Assembly: GCF_018977255.1 (NCBI RefSeq)
Contig: NW_024704742.1
Coordinates: 128,900,001 to 128,964,000 of the forward strand
Direction of reading: 5' to 3'
Length of the DNA: 64,000 nucleotides
Origin: Callorhinchus milii
Lineage: Eukaryota
Position numbers and translations under genes: made by a program. Below, one piece after another: positions 26,701 through 38,721 of this stretch (position 1 is its first letter; each line of letters opens with the position of its first letter). The notes under the pieces were generated by a model that worked only from the letters and a program-made list of their open reading frames with translations, ran no database searches and was not told the DNA's origin.

Positions 26701-27858
26701 CCACAAGCGGTGCAAAGTTGGAACACAAAGGCTATCATTTTTTTAAATTCAAGTACTATTAAACAAGATCAGTATCACTCTGATATCAATCTGTGGCCAG
26801 TCAACAGTATATTACACCTGCCTACAGTGAGTGATGTTATGCCCAAGCCTGTATTGCATTTAGTATCAACGTTTTAATTTCCTGCAGGTTATAGATACTG
26901 TACAAATTAGTTTGGCTGAATGTCAGATAATTTCAGATAGGGACATCTGACTGGCCACATTTGTCGCTTTTCTTCAATGTATCCAAATATATTTGCTTAA
27001 ACAGCTGGATTCCCAGCTTTGTGATGCGATGTAGCACTGTCTGCATTGAGCTCGGTGTTTCCCTTATGTGCTTCGTGGTGACAATAATAATTCTTGCATT
27101 TGATATAACACCTTATCACATTGTTGAGACGTCTCAAAACACTTCACAGAATATACTGTGAAGTGAATCGACTGTATATTTTGTGGATGAAACGCGGCAG
27201 CCAATTGCGCACAGCAGTGTCCATAAGCAGTCATGGATTGAATGACCAAATTACCTTTTTTTAATGGGATTATTACTCCTGGAAGGTAATCTGCTCTAAC
27301 CAACATGCTGTGGTGCCAATATCAATTTCACCAAAGTGGTGTCACTGCTACTGTTTTGTCCGCAAAATATACAGTCAATTCACTTTCCAGTATATGCTGT
27401 GAAGTGCTTTGAGACGTCACAAAGTTGAGATAAGGCGCTATATTATTATTATTATTATTATTATTACTATTTGTTTCCAATGTCCTTTCTCCAGGGTCCC
27501 CAGCAATTCACAAACCGTTTGTTACACCAAACAGACAAAAAAAAACTTGAAACGCAGATGCAAAAAAAAACTTGCTCAACCAGAGACATGTGCTTTCTGT
27601 GCTGAGAACAAATAAGTCAGCCAGCCCTCTGAGCAGTCAGCACACTCGGCTCTTTCGCCAACTGCACTACACTATAGTTAATCCCTCTCTCAGCGTTAGA
27701 AGACAGTTTTGCAGGGATGTTCCACAGCACGTTTCATACAGAATGAGCAAGGCTTTTCAGTTTGCAAACCTGCCTGAATCTTACTCCGCTTGGAGGTTAC
27801 CTGTTTTGTAATCGCCTCCCTTCTGCTTGCAAATGTGCAATGCATAACTAACTAATCT

Positions 27859-28078
27859 TGTGGGATACATTGAACAATTTCTGTTCCAGTCCGATTCTGG
27901 TCCCCTCCCTGACCTTTTCTTCCGATATAGTGACGGCTATGTTGGTGCGACTTCCTGCTTTCACCCCGAGCTGGAAAACTTCATCGATTTTGTTTCAGCC
28001 TGATCTGCTGAGTGCTCCCAGCGACTTATGTGTTTATACCAGATTTCCAGCATCTGCAGTACTTTGCTTTTTGTATTG
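27859..28078 (+). mobile_element. Internally deleted Penelope-like element with 11-bp flanking direct repeat
   Basis: RT remnant VGYIEQFLFQSDSGPLPDLFFRYSDGYVGATSCFHPELENFIDF (degenerate YIDD) joined to the terminal repeat. Flanks are ctaactaatct at 27848-27858 and 28079-28089. Confidence 0.78.
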
Positions 28079-28169
28079 CTAACTAATCTGTGCATGCGCA
28101 CCCTTCACCCCTACCTAATCTTTCACTTAAATGTTGCATGACTTTCTTGCAATGTGCTTATCTATCTCG

Positions 28170-28510
28170 TTATGCAGTTTGTGTCCTCTCCCGCACCAGG
28201 CTCCCCCAAGCGCACCCTCATCCGGCTCCACATCCCCCAGAGGATAGAGTTCAAAATCTTTGTCCTCGCCTTCAAGACCCTCCATCATCAGCAGTCGGGC
28301 TTCAGCCTTTCTGCCCCCACCCTATGGAACTCCATCCCACATTCCCTTCGCCTCGCTCTCTCCCTCACCTTCCTCAAAGCGAGTCTCAAAACGCTCCTCT
28401 TCGACCAAGCATTCGGCCACCCTTCCTGATCCCGACTCCCAGCTCTGGTCCAAATCCCTGACTGTCCAACACCTTGGGACATCCTCCTGATGTGAAAGGC
28501 GCTTTACTAA
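28170..28510 (+). mobile_element. L2 LINE 3' fragment
   Basis: IPQRIEFKIFVLAFKTLH...SAPTLWNSIP...LKTLLFDQAF (ORF 28154..28429) and L2 tail. Confidence 0.85.
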
Positions 28511-28897
28511 TCTAAATCTAATATATTGTATCTGACACTGATACGGATTGCATCTCTATCCACCCATCCCATGGCCCCTTACCCCCTGTGCCTGTGTATC
28601 CTTTATCAGCTTTATCAGTCTTCTCATTGAATATTTGCAGGCACCTGTCCATCCATGTATGTGTGGCTTTTGCAGCTCCTAAGCATTTTATGCATTGACT
28701 CAGTTTGACCTATTTCAACGTGTGTGGAGTTATACATAGCTATAGCCATTCACACCCCTCCCACATACAAACACACCCATTTTCATATAAATTCTACCCA
28801 ATTTAAAGAATTGGACAACAAGCAAACGAGGTTAAAATGAAATTCGATGGTTTTTTTTTGGGGGGGAGTGGGGGGGGGTGAATAAAAACACACTCAC

Positions 28898-29552
28898 TCC
28901 TGACATTCTCCTTGAGCTCCTCCACCTTGTGCCCAATCTCCACCTCGTCCATGTCCTCACTGATCACGGTGGAGTAGATCGGAATGTCATCCTGTTTGAA
29001 CGCGTGGTCCACTCCTCCCACGGTGAAGTAACAGTTCCTCTCTTGGAGGTCATCTTCGAAGACCAAAGCCACCCTCTTCCACCTGTAGCGCCGGAACATG
29101 GCCAAGAACATCTCGCCCATTTTGGAATAAGCCGGGGAGACACGGGTGAGATGGGAATACTCTGGTTTTTTGTGGGCGAAGCCAGAAGCCAAAGCTCCGG
29201 CTGAGACCATGGGGATCTTCCAATAAGATGCCAGTCTGGCCACCGGAGCAGAGGCATAGTCACACACAGGACCCACGATCACGTCGGGTTTCTGCACCAG
29301 GCAGATGTCCACCAGGTGAAATAGGGCCATGTTGCCACACTCAGAGTCCACATACTTCACGCTGAAATTGAAAGGGGACTGAACCAGGTTCTGGATGGCG
29401 TAATCGATGGCAGGTCTGACCCTGGTGATGGAGAACAGGTAAGAGTTCTCCTTGGGCAGGATGACCAGCATGTTGACGTCCACAGCGCTCCCGACAGCCA
29501 AGGAGAGTAAGGTCGAGCACAGGAACACACGAGAGCTGGAGAGGCATCGCAT
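28898..29552 (-). CDS. NPR3: NPR3-type receptor, coding exon 1 (signal peptide plus ANF-receptor ligand-binding domain)
   Basis: ORF 28803..29552 has a signal peptide, SYLFSITRVRPAI, GPVCDYASAPVARLASYW, SAGALASGF, EYSHLTRVSPAYSKMGEM and ERNCYFT, all diagnostic of NPR3. Donor GTC AGG A|gtgagt; 655 bp, phase 1, in frame with exon 2. Orthologue versus paralogue is unresolved. Confidence 0.95.
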
Positions 29553-29584
29553 CTTCGGGAAAACTGGGTGCTGTGTTTGCTGAG

Positions 29585-29617
29585 AGTGGGAAGGGAGAAA
29601 GAAAGAAAGGAAGGAAG

Positions 29618-29648
<31 letters not shown>

Positions 29649-30790
29649 GAGGAGGAGGAGAGAGAGTGGGAGAGAACGAGAGAGCGAGACTGGATGCTGG
29701 TGAAGAAGTGGTGGGGAGTGGGGTGGGGGGGTTGGGGGGTGGGGGGGGACTTTGCAAAGTTTGGAGATGGTTTATGGTCCTCCTGACAGCCAGACAGCCA
29801 ATGCTCTCTCTGCAGAGGCTGATTGCCTTTGGTGTCAGGGTATTGTGAACCCTGCCTTTAAATAGTGTGTCAGCCAAGACCGTACCACAGGGAGGTGCAC
29901 AGAGGGGGCCTTTCATCTTCTAATTAATTCCTTGCGTCACTGCTGAATCATCTGTCTTTTTTTTCGATAGGGGTTTTTTTTTAAACACACACAGCATCTG
30001 CCCCACACATCTGGCTGCTTGCGAATCATCGCGTTTTAACTCGTTCGTACAGGGAAATGGGCAAAAGGGAGAGAGGGAGTGTGTGGGGAGGGGGTTGGTG
30101 GGGGGTGGGGGGGGGGTGGGGGGGGTTGGGGGGGGATACATTGTAACGGTGAAATGCACTTAACGAAGCAATGTGCATCGGCGTAAACTGACGCCGGTCT
30201 CTTCGTTAACGAAAGAGGGGACTGGAAAGGCGGCATTGGTTTCGGTGCAAAAGGCGAAGGGTTCCGCCACTCTCGTTGCGCAGAACTTGCAAAGAGGTTT
30301 CGTTGCTTTTTTCTGCAAATCAAATCCAGGCAATTCCTTTTTTTTTGTGTGTGTGTGTGTGTGTGTGTATCTTCTCCCCCCACCACCCCCCCCCCCACCC
30401 CCTCACCCCCTCCTCACCAACACCAACACCAACACCAACACTACCCGGAGAGGTACGCAAATGTGCACAGAGAGAGAGAGAGAGAGAGAGGGGAAGAAAG
30501 GGAGAGAGAGAGAGAGAGAGAGTGTGGTTTCGATGTGTGTGGTAACGGGAGTGAGTGGGTGTCCGTTACCACAACTCGACTCACTCTCTGTAACATCTGT
30601 CTCTCTCTCTCTCTCTCTCTCTGTCTGTCTCCAGTTTCACGTGTAACGAACTACTCCCAATGTAATGCAATGAATTGCTGTGGTTGCAGAGCGGATACAT
30701 CGCCAGGTCTCTGCTGGGATATCTCTGACCAGAGCAAGGGAGGGGGGGGGGGGTGATTGGGGAAAAGGGGGTAGAATTGATGTGTTTCCC
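29585..30790. repeat. (GA)n, (GT)n and poly-G/poly-C tracts around the NPR3 5' end
   Basis: Low-complexity tracts visible directly in the sequence. Confidence 0.9.
29857..29864 (-). promoter_or_regulatory. Candidate TATA box for NPR3
   Basis: Minus-strand TATTTAAA about 305 nt upstream of the ATG, with no minus-strand ATG seen between them. A CRE-like TGACGCA lies at about 29933-29939. Confidence 0.45.
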
Positions 30791-32081
30791 CCCCCCCCCA
30801 CCCCCCCTCTTCCAGGAGGTTTATTAAACCAGATGTTGCCTATAAAGTTGTGCCACCCACACGTGTTGGGGACAGCACAGAGGTATCTGTGGCTCAAGCC
30901 AATGCAGAGAGGTTGTTGTTGTTGTTAGTGGGTCTATTTGCAAAAGTCCCTTCTAACAACTGAAGGATTTCCCCCCCACCCCCCACCCCCCCCCCAACCC
31001 CCCCACTCTTTTGTTAAAAAAATCTATTTTATAAAGGAGTGTTGAAAACCCATATGCAAAAGCAAAATAAAAAGTTTCTCCCTCCATCCCCCCACGCGTT
31101 TACTTCTTGTTGTGGCTGAAAACAATGATAAATTGGTCATTTTCAATCCACGACTGTTTGTGGGACATTGCTGTGCGCAATTGGCTGCCGCGTTCGCCCA
31201 CAAATATACAGTCAATTCACTTTACAGTGTGTTCTGTGAAGCGCTTTGGGACGTCCTCCCGACGTGAAAAGCGCTATATCAAATGCAAGAATTATTATTA
31301 TTATCTGTGTGTGTGTGTTCACAGAGGGATAGGGAGAGTGTTAGATTTTAGTGGTTTACTGTAACAAGCCATATAACCTGTGTTACTGGCTGCAACACAC
31401 GTGGTCGACTTTTGTGATAAATAGGATGCAGAGAGGTTTAGTCTTGTCAATGTATAATGGACACTATGTCCTTTTAGGTTCACTAGAAAACTAACACATC
31501 TGGCCAAAACTGTGTCTTAAAAGAGAAAAAGCAACAAAAATCACTTTAGACCAATAAACCGATTGCAGGTTCAAGTGTTTTTGTGTTTTACTTCAAGGGT
31601 TATTTTAAGACTTCTACATTTCTTACTGAGTCGGGCAAGCGTGTGAGGGGTTTAGTACAATATCGGTATTTTTTTTAGACCCAGTGTTATTAAAGGTTGG
31701 TTTCTGAAATTGGCACTTTAGCTACTCTGAACAGAGAGCAATACTACTTTGGTGCAATTTGAAATAATAATAATCCTTGTCTTTGATATAACGCCTTATT
31801 ACGTCGCTGAGATGTCTCAAAGCACTTCACAGACTACACTGTAAAGTGAATTGACTATATATTTTGTGGGTGAAATAGCTACTGAAATTGTGTGTGTGTG
31901 TGGTTGGGGAGGTGGGGAGGGGGGGTGCAGGGAAGAGAGAAATATTACTGTATTTCTTGAAATATTCCACTCCAATAAGTGGTCAAATGGTCAAATAACC
32001 AACAGAATCGTCAACAACACCACCACCAACAACTTAAAAAAATGCAATGCCAAGCTCGTGAGGGAACTTTTTTAATATATA

Positions 32082-32189
32082 TCGGGTGACCAAAATGTCG
32101 TGATAATTACCCTATTATCTGAAAAGAATCATCATTTCTTTAAGATTTATTGGACATTGTAATGGTATCACGACTTTTTGGTCACCCTG
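32082..32189. mobile_element. Tc1/mariner-type MITE
   Basis: 24-bp terminal inverted repeats (tcgggtgaccaaaatgtcgtgata and tatcacgactttttggtcaccctg) flanked by TA on both sides. Confidence 0.75.
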
Positions 32190-32980
32190 TATAACGATCC
32201 AAAGCTTATTCTGTGTGTATGCGTGTGCCATTCAGCTTACACCCAAAAATGAAGGTGGATTCCAGTTTTGTGACTCACTTTGTCAACAATACAAATCCTC
32301 ACTCTTCACAAAAGGAGCACGAGAAGCTCGATCCAGTGGCAGGTGAAATGGAAAATCATTTCTTTGCACATGTCCTCACTGCCCTCTAGGGGACAAAAAA
32401 CCTCATCCGAGAATCAGAAGGAATATTTCTCGGAGTTCTCTGTGTCCCTCTTATTCACACCTGCTAGGTGCACGCTGGTGTTCTTTACATTGTGTTAGTG
32501 TATGTGTGTGTGTGTGGGAGGGTGGGGGCAGGTAATAATCCCACCCAGCTCCTATTAACTCTGCAAGCCAAAGTCCTAATGGATAGCTGGACAAGCTGTG
32601 GGAAAGCTTGCCGGACAACAGTATCAATGGCAAGCTATGTGGTTTTAGCTGGTTGTACTCAAACCTATACCCTGGGGACCCCAAGCCTTGGCTCTTGCCA
32701 ACCGGTTCCTAATACTTTCCGGAATTAGGTAAGCAGGATGTGTCCCTCCAGGGAGAGAGTGCGCAATCCATTCCAACAATCTATTTCTGGGATTTCCTTA
32801 TGTAGGAGGGGTACATGGAATTCTCAGCTTGGTTTGGAAACTCTTAAGTATGGTGATGGGATTCCGCATGTGTTAGACACCCGGCTGACCAAAAACAAAA
32901 GTGGGGAAAGAGATTACTATTGTATATAATTTAATCTGTGCTGTATTTGTGAATGCACAGTTTAGAAAGCACAGTATATA

Positions 32981-33142
32981 CACTAAACTCCTGATAGCTC
33001 GTCACTCCAAGGGAAAATTGTGAGTTATACAGAGTGGTGAGTTAGGCATATGTATAGATACATAAATAAATGCGCTGGGATACTGACAGCGTGATGAGTT
33101 AAGTGGTAGTTAAGGCAGGGTTTAGTTATCAGGAGTTTATTG
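32981..33142. mobile_element. Tigger/pogo-type MITE
   Basis: TIRs cactaaactcctgatagct and agttatcaggagtttattg, flanked by TA on both sides. Confidence 0.7.
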
Positions 33143-34509
33143 TAAATAATATGTCTTACATTTGATATAGCACCTTTCATGCTAGAAGGATGTCTCAGAG
33201 TGCCTCACAAGAATTACTGTAAACTTGCAGTAACTGTGTAATTTGTAAGGGATGATACAGTATTTTTATTATGTATATATATTATAATATATAGTATTTT
33301 ATTATATATAGAATTTTAGCCCCAGTTGTTGATCCGTATTTGGTATTTGACACCTGTCAATTTCATGGCAACATTCCCATTCACGGTTCAAGTTAATTTC
33401 TACAGTTTTATTTTTGTGGCTGAATAAACCAGAGGAGAACATAAAACTGCATCTGTTAGAGATTACCTTCAGAGTGGTCACAGATGTTTCTGCTGGCAAA
33501 GACATTCATTTCAGTGGCTCACCCACCGTATGTTGCCACGGACATTTTCTCTCGCCCCCAATAATAATCTTTTTATTTTTATATTTGGTATATATAAAGA
33601 AAACTTTCCATGTTGTTTGTGGATTGTTTATTATCTTTGCAATTGTAATGCAAAACTTCAGCACCTTGCTCTGGTGAATAAGCCACCGTTTGCCTTAAAC
33701 CATTCCATTTAAGTTAGAAATATTTTATGTGAATTTGAAATTTGCCAGATAAAAGTCCATGTATGGTTCAGGAAGATGATTCCAGTGGGAACAGTTTTAG
33801 TTAAACAACTAAAGCAACAATTTACATTTATATTGTGCCTTTTACATCTAGGATATCTCAAACCATTGACACAGAGGACTAAGAGCCTGAACTGGTGTGT
33901 GTGTGTTGGGGTAGAGGGGAAAGGGGGGTTAGATGTTGGCCACAATCGCATTCGAAAAGATAGATGTGTTAAGGCTTAAGAAGATTTATGAAAATTAGGA
34001 CTGAGTGGGGGGCGGGGACTCTGAGATGGAGTTCCATAGAGAAATGGATAGAATGGATGAATTTTCATTGACCGATGGTGGGAGCATCAGGTCAAAACTG
34101 AATTCAGATTTGACTCTGTGGTTCTTAAAAGAAACTTACAAAAAAAACAGTTTTCAAATTACAGGCTGTATTTAAGAATTCGCCAAATTCTGGACACCCT
34201 GTTATTCTATGTTAAAAGAGCAAATCCAAACTCAGGTAGAAATCTACCCCAATCAGTTTCTCTTTTTATAAACTTTACGTTAACGTTTTCTTAAAATTAA
34301 CAACATGTAATACCGAGCAAGGGAAATGCAAATGTATTGCTACTGGTTTTCATGTGCACGAGATACATTTTGTGACCAGTATTTGGTAAAAATACTGAAA
34401 TACATTACTGATGCAACATTAAATATAGACTCCTTGCCAGCAAGCCGAAGGAGAACAGTCACTCTGTGTTAACATTAGGAGAGCCAGAAGCCTAAGCATC
34501 CGTTAATAC

Positions 34510-34885
34510 TGGTGTCAGTCCAGCTCAGTTGGTAGCATTCTCACCTCTGAATCAGAAATTTGTGGATTCAAGTCTCATATAAGGACTTTAGCATCATAGT
34601 CTAGGCTGAACTCCATTATGGTGGTGGTGAAAAGTGCCATTCTTTGGATGATACATTAAACTGGGAACCCATCTTCCTTTTCAGATGGATTTTAAAGATC
34701 CTATACACTATTTGAAAAATGAAGAAAATTTCTCCTGGTGTCTTGGTCAACAATCCCCCAAGACAAAAGTGGCCGTTTACTTCATAGTTGTTTGCAAGAC
34801 AATTGCCTGTTACGTCTGCATAAGAACAAATAGTCACTACATTTCACAGTAAAAACCTGTGAAGTGATTTGAAATGTTTTGACAA
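34510..34885 (+). mobile_element. Old Deu-domain SINE
   Basis: tRNA head agctcagttggtagcattctcacctctgaatcagaa, Deu-like ttaaagatcctatacactatttgaa, shared tail. Confidence 0.7.
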
Positions 34886-36339
34886 CATAATAATAATCCT
34901 TGCATTTGATATAGCGCCTTATCAATTTTTGAGACGTCTCAAAGAGCTTTACAGGATATCCTGTAAAGTGGATTGATTTTTGATGCCGCTCCTCTTAAGA
35001 CCTAATCTGCTTTTCATTAAATTCCTGACTGGCTAAAGAGTTAAAGAAACATCTCAGAGTGGCTTGTGTTCTTCCAAAGTATTTTCCTTCAATTTGTTAA
35101 TAAAAATATCACCATTATAATTTAGTCCCATAAAATCATTAAATTAAATGGCGTAATAAATATCACATGTCAAACAAAAAAAACTATCAGACTTTTCCTC
35201 ATTTAATACACTTAATGCCTATTAAGTAAATTGAACTGTCTAGCTGCAGGCCTACAATTCCAAGATATTCAATCACAAAATTACTTAATTCCGTCGGTAT
35301 GTTAATTACGTAGGCATGTTTTTATTAATAAAACAAAATAGTGCATTTTAGGAAGCAAAGAGTCTGTTCTACATTTAGCGTCTGGTTTCCTTTAGGAAGT
35401 CTTGTTGGTTCAATAAACTGTGGATTAAGCTGCCTGATCAATCAGGGCTAAGGTTACAACCTCCGCTTCCAGATTTGTGGCAAGAAATATTTTTCATGTC
35501 TGTAAATATGTGGAAGAAAGGGCTTTTTTCCAAGAAGTTGTCTTTACACGGTATAAACAATGTATATCTGGCAAAATATCTGTTTTGGACATGGCCCGAA
35601 GTGACCTAAGATGTTAACGATAACCTTTGCATTTGATATAGCACTTTATCATGTCGAAGAGATGTCCCAAAGTACTTCACATTACTGTGAAGTGGAGTGA
35701 TTGTGTATTTTGTGAGAGAACGTGGTAGCCAATTTGTGAACAGCAAGTTGAACAAACAGCCATTGAGTGAGTGACCGATTTTTGTTTGGGGGATTGTTGA
35801 CCAGGGCAGTGGGAGAAACTGCTTCTCTTTTCGAACAGTGCCATGGGATTTTTGACTTCCACCTGAACAGGCAGACAGGACCTCAGTTCAATGTCTGAAG
35901 ATGGCAACGGAAGATGTCAAACTGATTATGAACAAAATTAATTTGTTTTTGAGCCGTAACACCTTTGAATTTAAATTAAATTGTTCATTCCACACTTTAC
36001 TAAATGACAAAGCATTATGAAATACTCACTTTCTCATACTTTTTTATTGGCATTAGTGTGATCCAATGTGAAATGGTCTCCCAAGGCAAGCAGTGGAAGT
36101 CACATTTTCAATAGAATAGAAGTAAATTATTTTCTGACTTAAAATTATAGATTCAAGATCTGGTCTTTGTTTTGGGCTCCTCTGTCTCTTTTCTATCTCC
36201 CCTCAAATTTCACTCATATTAAAGATTATTTTCTCCAATAGATAAATTATTACACAAAAAATAACTTATTCTATTGCCACAAATTTGCATGTTTGCTTCT
36301 GATTCTTCCAACCCTCCCTTATCAGTTCAGGCGCTGACA

Positions 36340-37075
36340 GTATGAATCTACATGGAGGCACACTCCACCTCAGAGCCAGTGCAGAACCTCAGTGTCTTGT
36401 TTGACTCTCAATTGTCCATTAAACCCCATATCCATGCCCAGAACCCTTCAGCTGTTCCCCCCACCTCTGCAATATTGCTCATTCCACCACTGCCTCGCCC
36501 CTCGTACTGCCAAAACCCTATCCACACTTTTGTCACATCCAGGCTAGACTACGCTAACTCTGCTCACAGGACAACCCAACTCTTCCCTCCACAGACCATC
36601 CCGAACTCTGCAGCTCATTTCCTTTCCCACACCAGGCTCTGCCAACTTATTACCCCCATCCTTGCCCAGCACTAATGGTTCCCGAGCCCCCCAGCAGATT
36701 GAGTTAAAAATCCTTGTCTTCGCTTTTAAATCTCTCCAGTATCTTGCCGCATTGCACCTTTGTGGCCTTCTTAAACCCTACAACCCGCCTGCTCCATCCA
36801 TTCGGCAGTCATGCATTCAGCCTTTCTGTTCTCACTCTCTGGAGCTTGATCCAGGAGACCTTTTGCCTCGCCCCTTCCCTTCATCCTTCATGGTCCATCT
36901 CAACATCTTCCTGTTTCACCATCCATCTATCATCTTCCACTCCCACAGCCCTTTTGCTCACATTCCTCTCGAATTCAACCCCCACCTTGGGTACAAACCC
37001 TAAACTGTCCAGTGCCTTTGGATGTCCACACGACATGAAAGGTGCTATATAAATCTCATTTGTTGTTGTTGTTAT
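36340..37075 (+). mobile_element. L2 LINE 3' fragment
   Basis: VQNLSVLFDSQLS, IHTFVTSRLDYANS, QQIELKILVFAFKSL, then 3' tail with (GTT)n. Confidence 0.85.
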
Positions 37076-37130
37076 TGATTCACTTTTCTTACTTCCCATC
37101 CTGCCCTGTTTTCTTTTTAACACACTCAAG

Positions 37131-37330
37131 GAGCCATTGGATCGATTGTTAAAGAGAAAGATGATGCTCTTGGCTCACTTTTCCCCTCTAACTTGTATCT
37201 TGATGAAACCAGCAAGGAATCTTACTCCTTCCTCCCAATCAGTTCTACCACTAACTTGAATTATGTTGAATTGTTTCAACATCTGTCAGCTCATGTTGAT
37301 ATTCTTCCTATTACCCTCAAGAAATATGTC
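37131..37330 (+). repeat. Left arm of a 200-bp inverted duplication
   Basis: Reverse complement of 38522-38721 with 5 mismatches by manual alignment. Confidence 0.95.
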
Positions 37331-38169
37331 AAGAAATACGCCATCATTCAAGGCACTAATGGTTGACCAGCTTGTCTTGATTGAATGAGTTAAGAAAATC
37401 AATTGGTCTGGTTAGGGCTGATGAAAGACTATAAAAGGACAGTGGTAAATGAGCACAGAATGAATTGTTACAGAGTAGTTTGGAGTAGTATTGATTTTGG
37501 TAAAGGCTTGAATAAACTCAATACCACACCTGTACTGAATGAGTACATATTACATTAAAAGTGGGTGAAAGACCGAATCGACAAGGCAAGATGTAAACTC
37601 TGAATTGTCTTGTCACAGATCTCTTCTTGAACTACCTGAGGTAGCCATGGTGTTCCAGGGTTGAAGGGGGCATGTCTCCTTGGAGTTGAACTGGCTCCAA
37701 GGAGAAGTAGTTGCTAAAGCAAAATACATCAATTAAAAGCATTGATGGTTAACCAGTCTATCAGGTTCATCAGTGAGACTTGGAAGCGTAGACTAGTCCT
37801 CAACCCTGCAAATGCAAAGGCATAACAGTTAATGTGGTAATAATTAGCTGGAAAATTAACATAATAATAATCCTTGCATTTCAGTATAGCGCCTTTCACA
37901 TTGGGAGGTGCACAAGATCTATAGTAAAGTGTAGCGATAATTTATTCTTGTAGGTGAACACCAACAGCCAAATTTTACACAAATATCCCGCATGAAGTGA
38001 ATGGTCAATTTTATCTGGGGGATTGTTGAGTGAGAGAAACTCCTTTTTCTTTTTAACTAGTGTCATGGGATCTTTTACTTCCACCTAAAGAGGCAGAATG
38101 AGATCTCCGGTTTAAAGTCTCACTGAAACGATGGTACTTCCAATAACACAGCAACCCCCAGCACTGAGT

Positions 38170-38721
38170 CAGACTGATAGCAAACATAGGTAGATTGTTT
38201 GGAATTTCAAAGACCGAGACCCTGTTAATGGATCTCGAGATATCTGGGATGATGATAAATGAGTCCTACCAAAGTCTCAAAGAGCAGAGGTGCGTATCCA
38301 AAAAAAAAACACGGACACCCCATGGATTAGGCTTCAACCTTCAAGATAATTTTAGAAATGTTGCAGTCTCCATGAGTTTAGAAAGTGTGCAAGTAAGAGC
38401 AATAAGGCAGTAGCTTAAAGGGTAGAAAGAGTGGGATGGTGCCGAGGAAAATTCCAAGAAAGTAAAGCTGTATTTTGGGCAGGAATGGAGGAAGGCAGTG
38501 AAGGACAAAGTCAAGTTCAGAGACATATTTCTTGAGGGTAATAGGAAGAATACCAACATGAGCTGACAGATGTTGAAACAATTCAACATAATTCAAGTTA
38601 GTGGTAGAACTGATTGGGAGGAAGGAGTAAGATTCCTTGCTGGTTTCATCAAGATGCGAGTTAGAGGGGAACAGTGAGCCAAGAGCATCATCTTTCTCTT
38701 TAGCAATCGATCCAATGGCTC
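38170..38721 (-). mobile_element. Heavily decayed non-LTR RT fragment containing the right arm (38522-38721) of the inverted duplication
   Basis: Fragments KEKDDALGSLFPSNSHLD, GILPITLKKYVSEL and PLSYCLIALTCTLSKLMET resemble the N-terminal part of a non-LTR RT (e.g. PSNYRPIALTSxLSKVME). Confidence 0.65.
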
